From: a virus
Taxonomy: Duplodnaviria; Caudoviricetes
Reading direction: 5' to 3' (one strand)
Length of the DNA stretch: 27,817 bases
IMG/VR virus record: IMGVR_UViG_3300037520_000413
Coordinates: 1-27,817 of that record
This document shows, one piece after another, positions 23,989-27,817 of this stretch. The position numbers were made by a program, and so were the translations under genes. Numbering within the stretch: the stretch's first letter is position 1; every line of letters begins with the position of its first letter. The notes under the pieces were generated by a model, which saw only the letters and a list, made by a program, of their open reading frames with translations, was not told where the DNA came from and searched no databases.

Positions 23989-24636
23989 TTACGCTGCGCG
24001 GCGGCGGCGTCCGGCTGGTGCTGGCGCTTCATCAGCGGGTACAGCTTCAGCCTCTGCGGGCTTTTCATCCGCATCCATACCAACCCACTCAACCACGCTA
24101 AACACTGGCGTGTAAATCTTGCCGTAGCTTTTGTGCGCGTAGTGGTCTTTCTTCAGCTTGATGATAGCCACTGGCTTGGTCTGATCCTTCTCGACTTGCT
24201 CGGCCAAGGCGACTGCCAAGGCTTGCACGGCGCGCTTGCCGCCCACGCTGGTGGTGGTGAACCGCGCTTCCATGCCCTTGTCTTCACCAGACAAGCACTT
24301 GAGCGACATGCCGACTTGCGTCTCCCAGCCCTTCTTGGCGCTAGGCGGTGCAATGTCAAGTTCAGGCAGTGGCTGGCTTACGCTTGCCATCTTCTCGCCT
24401 AACACTTCACCGTCACCCCAAGCGATAAAGCCGTGGACAAACGAGAAAGGATTGACGGCCCAGGTGGCTTCATCTTCGACTTCGGTCTGATCAGCGCCGA
24501 ACACCCAATGGCCGGTCTTGTCCATCTTGAGGATGACAACGCCGGCTGGGCCAACATCAGTGGCGATAGAACGCAGGGAAGTAGCGAGGGAGGAGACTGC
24601 TGGAAGGCCAGCGGATTTGAAAACTGTCAGTGACAT
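23989..24636 (-). CDS. Putative single-stranded DNA-binding protein
   Basis: Aromatic-rich beta domain with an acidic, Ala/Pro-rich tail. It sits in the usual position between the Cas4-like nuclease and PolA. Confidence 0.6.
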   Translation of the reverse strand: MSLTVFKSAGLPAVSSLATSLRSIATDVGPAGVVILKMDKTGHWVFGADQTEVEDEATWAVNPFSFVHGFIAWGDGEVLGEKMASVSQPLPELDIAPPSAKKGWETQVGMSLKCLSGEDKGMEARFTTTSVGGKRAVQALAVALAEQVEKDQTKPVAIIKLKKDHYAHKSYGKIYTPVFSVVEWVGMDADEKPAEAEAVPADEAPAPAGRRRRAA

Positions 24637-24646
24637 GATTTTACCT

Positions 24647-25765
24647 TTACATTATTTTAGAAAGAGCGGCGTTTAACTGCTGCCCGATTAGTACAACTGC
24701 TGGCCGAGGATCGCTCTCCGGTGCAATTGTGTTACCCGAACTGATCGCTACTGTCAGCCCGTCAGGCAGCTTGAGTTTCTGCGCTTTAAGCAGCTTCTCG
24801 GCAGCAGCCGGACTGACCAACTTCGTCTCGATCACTTCAGATTCTTTGAGGTGCTGGAGCAGCGCCGCCTTGGCGTCCTCCTCCTTCACCCACGATCTTG
24901 TGGCCCGCTTGGGCACCATCTTCCAGCCCGTAACGGGCTTGCCCTTCTTCATCATCTCCTCGGCCAAAGCGCGAAGGTCTTTGATCCACGTTTCCAAGAG
25001 GTCTGCATTGTGTAGATACGCGCCGATCTTGTCAACGTCTATCTTATCCATCTTGATCGCAACAGCGCGGTCAACGGCGCCGGTCATTATCGGGCACACC
25101 GGCTTGGCAGCGCACCAGCGGCAGTGGTCGCCGTTCTTCAGGGGCGCGTCAGCCAGACCGGCTGCGGTGACCGCCTTGACCAGATCACGCTCAAACTGTT
25201 CGATACGGGCGCGTGTGGTCGTCCAGCGTTTGATCTCTGGCGGCTGGATGATGATCAGTTCGATCTCTGTTGCGCCGTCAAACACCCACTGCGCCTCGGG
25301 GGTACGCATGCTGGCGGCGGCGTAGAACATCAGTTGTTCGTTTTCTTCAGCCGACACGGCAACGCCAGTGCCAAACTTCCAATCCAAAATGATCGCCTTG
25401 CTGCCGATGCGGCCCATCAGGTCGGTCGAGCCAAAGACACCAGGCAGCAGATCACCAAAGCCGACACGCGTCTCGACTTCGTACTCCATTGTCTTTTCAG
25501 GGTCTACTTCATCGAGCAACGACAGGCCCACCATGATCTTCTCGTCGTAGAGGTCTTGCGTCAGCACTTGGTCTTTGTATTGCGTGCCGATCACGTCGAC
25601 GCTTTGGTCTTCCAAGATGGCGCTGATGGCGTTGTGTAGCAGCGTGCCTTGGTCGGCGTGGCTGTTGCTGGGCTTGGGTGGCATCTTCTGCACCAAGGCT
25701 ACTGAGCCTGGGCAGGCCATTACGCGCTTGGCTGACGAGCCGCCTACGATGTTACTGTGCTGCAT
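24647..25765 (-). CDS. Cas4-like PD-(D/E)xK exonuclease (DUF2800-like)
   Basis: Start reassigned to MQHSNIVGGSS. Contains CPGS, GTLLH, GSTD...DWKFG, QLMFYA and CRWC.....CP (four Fe-S-type cysteines). Confidence 0.85.
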   Translation of the reverse strand: MQHSNIVGGSSAKRVMACPGSVALVQKMPPKPSNSHADQGTLLHNAISAILEDQSVDVIGTQYKDQVLTQDLYDEKIMVGLSLLDEVDPEKTMEYEVETRVGFGDLLPGVFGSTDLMGRIGSKAIILDWKFGTGVAVSAEENEQLMFYAAASMRTPEAQWVFDGATEIELIIIQPPEIKRWTTTRARIEQFERDLVKAVTAAGLADAPLKNGDHCRWCAAKPVCPIMTGAVDRAVAIKMDKIDVDKIGAYLHNADLLETWIKDLRALAEEMMKKGKPVTGWKMVPKRATRSWVKEEDAKAALLQHLKESEVIETKLVSPAAAEKLLKAQKLKLPDGLTVAISSGNTIAPESDPRPAVVLIGQQLNAALSKIM

Positions 25766-25907
25766 CTTCTTCTCTCGTAATGATGACAACAGTTTCAGGC
25801 AAATAAATAGCGTCTTGAATGAACGCTAACTTTGCGTAGGGCGCGATGTCGTTAACGTGATCCAAGATGATCTTAACGATCTCGGCGCGGGTGAACTCTA
25901 GCTTCAT
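25752..25907 (-). CDS. Hypothetical protein (51 aa)
   Basis: Start reassigned to MKLEFTRAEI (GGAGG RBS). Confidence 0.6.
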   Translation of the reverse strand: MKLEFTRAEIVKIILDHVNDIAPYAKLAFIQDAIYLPETVVIITREEDAAQ

Positions 25908-25909
25908 TT

Positions 25910-26110
25910 TTACTTGCCTCCAATCTTTAACATGCAATCAATCTGCACGTTCTGCGATTTAAATACGTCAATGAGCTTGTCAAACGCTTTAGCGTTAGCA
26001 AGCAAACCATCAGCAACGGTTTGTACGGCTTCCGTTGCTGCCGCGTCCCATTTGACGCCATAAAACTGGCAGTTTTGTACGGTTGTGGGGGCTTGAGGTT
26101 TGGCTTTCAT
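25910..26110 (-). CDS. Hypothetical protein (66 aa)
   Basis: GGAG RBS; first gene of the leftward replication operon. Confidence 0.65.
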   Translation of the reverse strand: MKAKPQAPTTVQNCQFYGVKWDAAATEAVQTVADGLLANAKAFDKLIDVFKSQNVQIDCMLKIGGK

Positions 26111-26140
26111 GTTGACTCCAATTTAGTTGATGAGGCGTTC

Positions 26141-26180
26141 AGTGTAGCATAAAAAATAAAAGTGTGCTAAACTTTTTTAC
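26141..26180. promoter_or_regulatory. Overlapping divergent sigma70-like promoters
   Basis: Rightward TAGCAT-N17-TAAACT with an extended TG. Leftward TAGCAC-N17-TACACT. The two share an A-tract spacer. Confidence 0.55.
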
Positions 26181-26456
26181 ATGCTTGAAAAACAAATCGA
26201 ACGCTACCTTGTTGATCGTGTCAAAGCGGTTGGCGGTGTGGCCTACAAATTCACCAGCCCCGCGCACCGTGGTGTGGCTGACCGTATCGTCTGCTTTCCC
26301 AACGGCCAGACATGGTTCGTTGAGGTCAAGACCGAAAGCGGCAGGCTGTCGCCCTTGCAGAAGGTTTTCATGTCGGACATGGCACGCATGAAACAGAACT
26401 ACGTATGCCTGTGGAACAAGGATCAGATCAATGGGTGGCTTAATGAAGTTGCGTGA
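26181..26456 (+). CDS. VRR-NUC domain nuclease (probable Holliday junction resolvase)
   Basis: EKQIE...GVADR...FVEVK...GRLSPLQ. Confidence 0.9.
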   Translation: MLEKQIERYLVDRVKAVGGVAYKFTSPAHRGVADRIVCFPNGQTWFVEVKTESGRLSPLQKVFMSDMARMKQNYVCLWNKDQINGWLNEVA

Positions 26457-27720
26457 TTACCAAGAACAGGCCGTTGACTTCCTGTATGAACACGACCGCG
26501 CCATGATCTTGGCGCCCGTGGGCGCAGGCAAGACGGCCATCACGCTGACAGCCATGCAGGCGATGCTGGCCGACCGCGTGGTCGAGCGCTTCTTAGTGCT
26601 AGCGCCCAAGCGCGTCTGCACGGACGTGTGGCCGATCGAGCAGCCCAAGTGGGCGCCGAGTCTGACGCTGGCCGTGGCGGTGGGCACGCCTGCACAGCGC
26701 AAGGCGGCGCTTGGCGGCGGCGCGCAGATCATCGTGACCAACTACGACAACATACAGTGGCTAGCGACACAGAACCTAGCGCACATTGACGGCATCGTCT
26801 ACGACGAGTTGACCAAGCTGAAGAACCCGTCCGGCGCTAGGTTCAAGGCGCTGAACAAGGTCATCGACAAGATCAACATCCGCTGGGGCTTGACCGGCAG
26901 CTTTACCAGCAACGGGCTGGAGGATGTGTTCGGCCAGTGCAAGATTGTTGATCAGTCGCTGCTTGGCCGCAGCAAAGGCGCGTTCCAGCAGCAGTACTTC
27001 ATCCTGATCAACAAAGAGTACGGCGATTGGGCACCGCGCCCTGGCTCACTGGCGCAAGTCATGGAGCGCATCAAGCCGGCCACCTACCTACTGGAGCCAG
27101 GCGACTACAAAGACACGCTGCCGCCGCTGTACACGGTCGAGTTGCGCTGCGACATGGACATGACGGACTACAACACCATGAAGAAAGACTTTGTGCTGAA
27201 TGATGTGGTGGCGGTCAACGCGGCTGTCGTGACGCAGAAGCTGCAACAGATGGCAAGCGGGTTCCTGTACACCGACAATGGCCCCGTCTGGCTATCTAGC
27301 CATAAATTTGACCGCCTTGAGGAATTGCTTGATGAAAACCAACACACCAACACCATCCTTGTCTATCAATACCAAGAAGAACTCGCCGAGATTAAGCGAC
27401 GTTTTACCGTTACGACCCTTGATGACGTGGGCGCAATTGAGCGATGGAATGACGGCAAAGTCAGACTACTCGCAGTCCACCCAAAGTCAGCCGGACACGG
27501 CCTCAACCTCCAGCACGGCGGGCACCACATCGTGTTCTTGTCGCTGCCGTGGTCGCTGGAACTCTACGAGCAGACCATCGGGCGGCTGCACCGCAGCGGC
27601 CAGAAGAATGCGGTCTGGTGCTACGTCATGCTGACGCACAAGACGGTTGACGAGAAGATTTGGGGCGCGCTACACGACAAGCGCACATTGTCGGACATTG
27701 CATTGGAGGCTTTGAAATGA
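26443..27720 (+). CDS. SNF2-like superfamily 2 helicase
   Basis: Start reassigned to MKLRDYQ. Motifs GAGKT, YDELT, LTGS, SAGHGLNLQ and QTIGRLHRSGQ. Confidence 0.9.
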   Translation: MKLRDYQEQAVDFLYEHDRAMILAPVGAGKTAITLTAMQAMLADRVVERFLVLAPKRVCTDVWPIEQPKWAPSLTLAVAVGTPAQRKAALGGGAQIIVTNYDNIQWLATQNLAHIDGIVYDELTKLKNPSGARFKALNKVIDKINIRWGLTGSFTSNGLEDVFGQCKIVDQSLLGRSKGAFQQQYFILINKEYGDWAPRPGSLAQVMERIKPATYLLEPGDYKDTLPPLYTVELRCDMDMTDYNTMKKDFVLNDVVAVNAAVVTQKLQQMASGFLYTDNGPVWLSSHKFDRLEELLDENQHTNTILVYQYQEELAEIKRRFTVTTLDDVGAIERWNDGKVRLLAVHPKSAGHGLNLQHGGHHIVFLSLPWSLELYEQTIGRLHRSGQKNAVWCYVMLTHKTVDEKIWGALHDKRTLSDIALEALK

Positions 27721-27817
27721 GACGGATTGATTTATGGAAGGCGCAGCTAAAGGCGGCGCTGGCTGAGATGAAGATACGGCAGAGGGAGGCAAACGCGGCA
27801 ACGCGCACTGTCGCCAG
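27717..27817 (+). CDS. Hypothetical protein (truncated by window edge)
   Basis: GGAGG RBS and ATGA overlap with the helicase stop. Translation MRRIDLWKAQLKAALAEMKIRQRE... is open to the end of the window. Confidence 0.65.
   Translation, partial: MRRIDLWKAQLKAALAEMKIRQREANAATRTVA

Noticed and set aside
23949-24092. 48-aa N-terminal extension of PolA in the ORF track
   Set aside because: It overlaps the SSB-like gene and the leader hairpin. The exonuclease domain begins at MLYLDFE (23948).
24647-25765. Cas4-like nuclease as evidence of a CRISPR-Cas system
   Set aside because: It is a stand-alone nuclease in the usual nuclease-SSB-PolA replication block, with no cas1, cas2 or array.
1-27817. 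Integrase, CI-like repressor, lysis genes, tRNAs, diversity-generating retroelement
   Set aside because: None were recognisable. There is no reverse transcriptase or template/variable repeat pair near the fibre genes. Lifestyle cannot be settled from this partial genome.

Overview
This window is about 28 kb of a tailed-phage genome, a P22-like podovirus. The host is probably a Beta- or Gammaproteobacterium, inferred from the CTG-N10-CAG LexA box. There are four blocks. (1) A minus-strand morphogenesis operon (1-16018): terS, terL, three small basic proteins, portal, a Dps/ferritin-like protein, a cluster of spike/fibre/adaptor genes, scaffold, P22-type coat, decoration proteins, a gp4-like adaptor, a gp10-like tail hub and a truncated needle/fibre gene. 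(2) A non-coding control region of about 780 bp (16019-16796). (3) A plus-strand cluster of small early-type genes (16797-18974). (4) A replication module: primase-helicase, PAPS-reductase-family protein, PolA, SSB-like protein and Cas4-like nuclease on the minus strand, with VRR-NUC and an SNF2-type helicase on the plus strand. No integrase, repressor, lysis gene, tRNA or CRISPR is visible. The most striking feature is the control region. It holds five phased 20-bp palindromes that match the host SlmA (nucleoid-occlusion) binding site, a near-perfect LexA box centred between convergent 9-bp iterons, an IHF site beside a sigma54-like -24 element, and three TGYAA-N9-TTACA operators. This suggests that the phage DNA itself recruits or titrates host division and SOS regulators. 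A second candidate system is a set of shared short docking motifs that appear to attach interchangeable fibres and spikes to the head and tail. All protein calls come from motif recognition and synteny, with no database searches.
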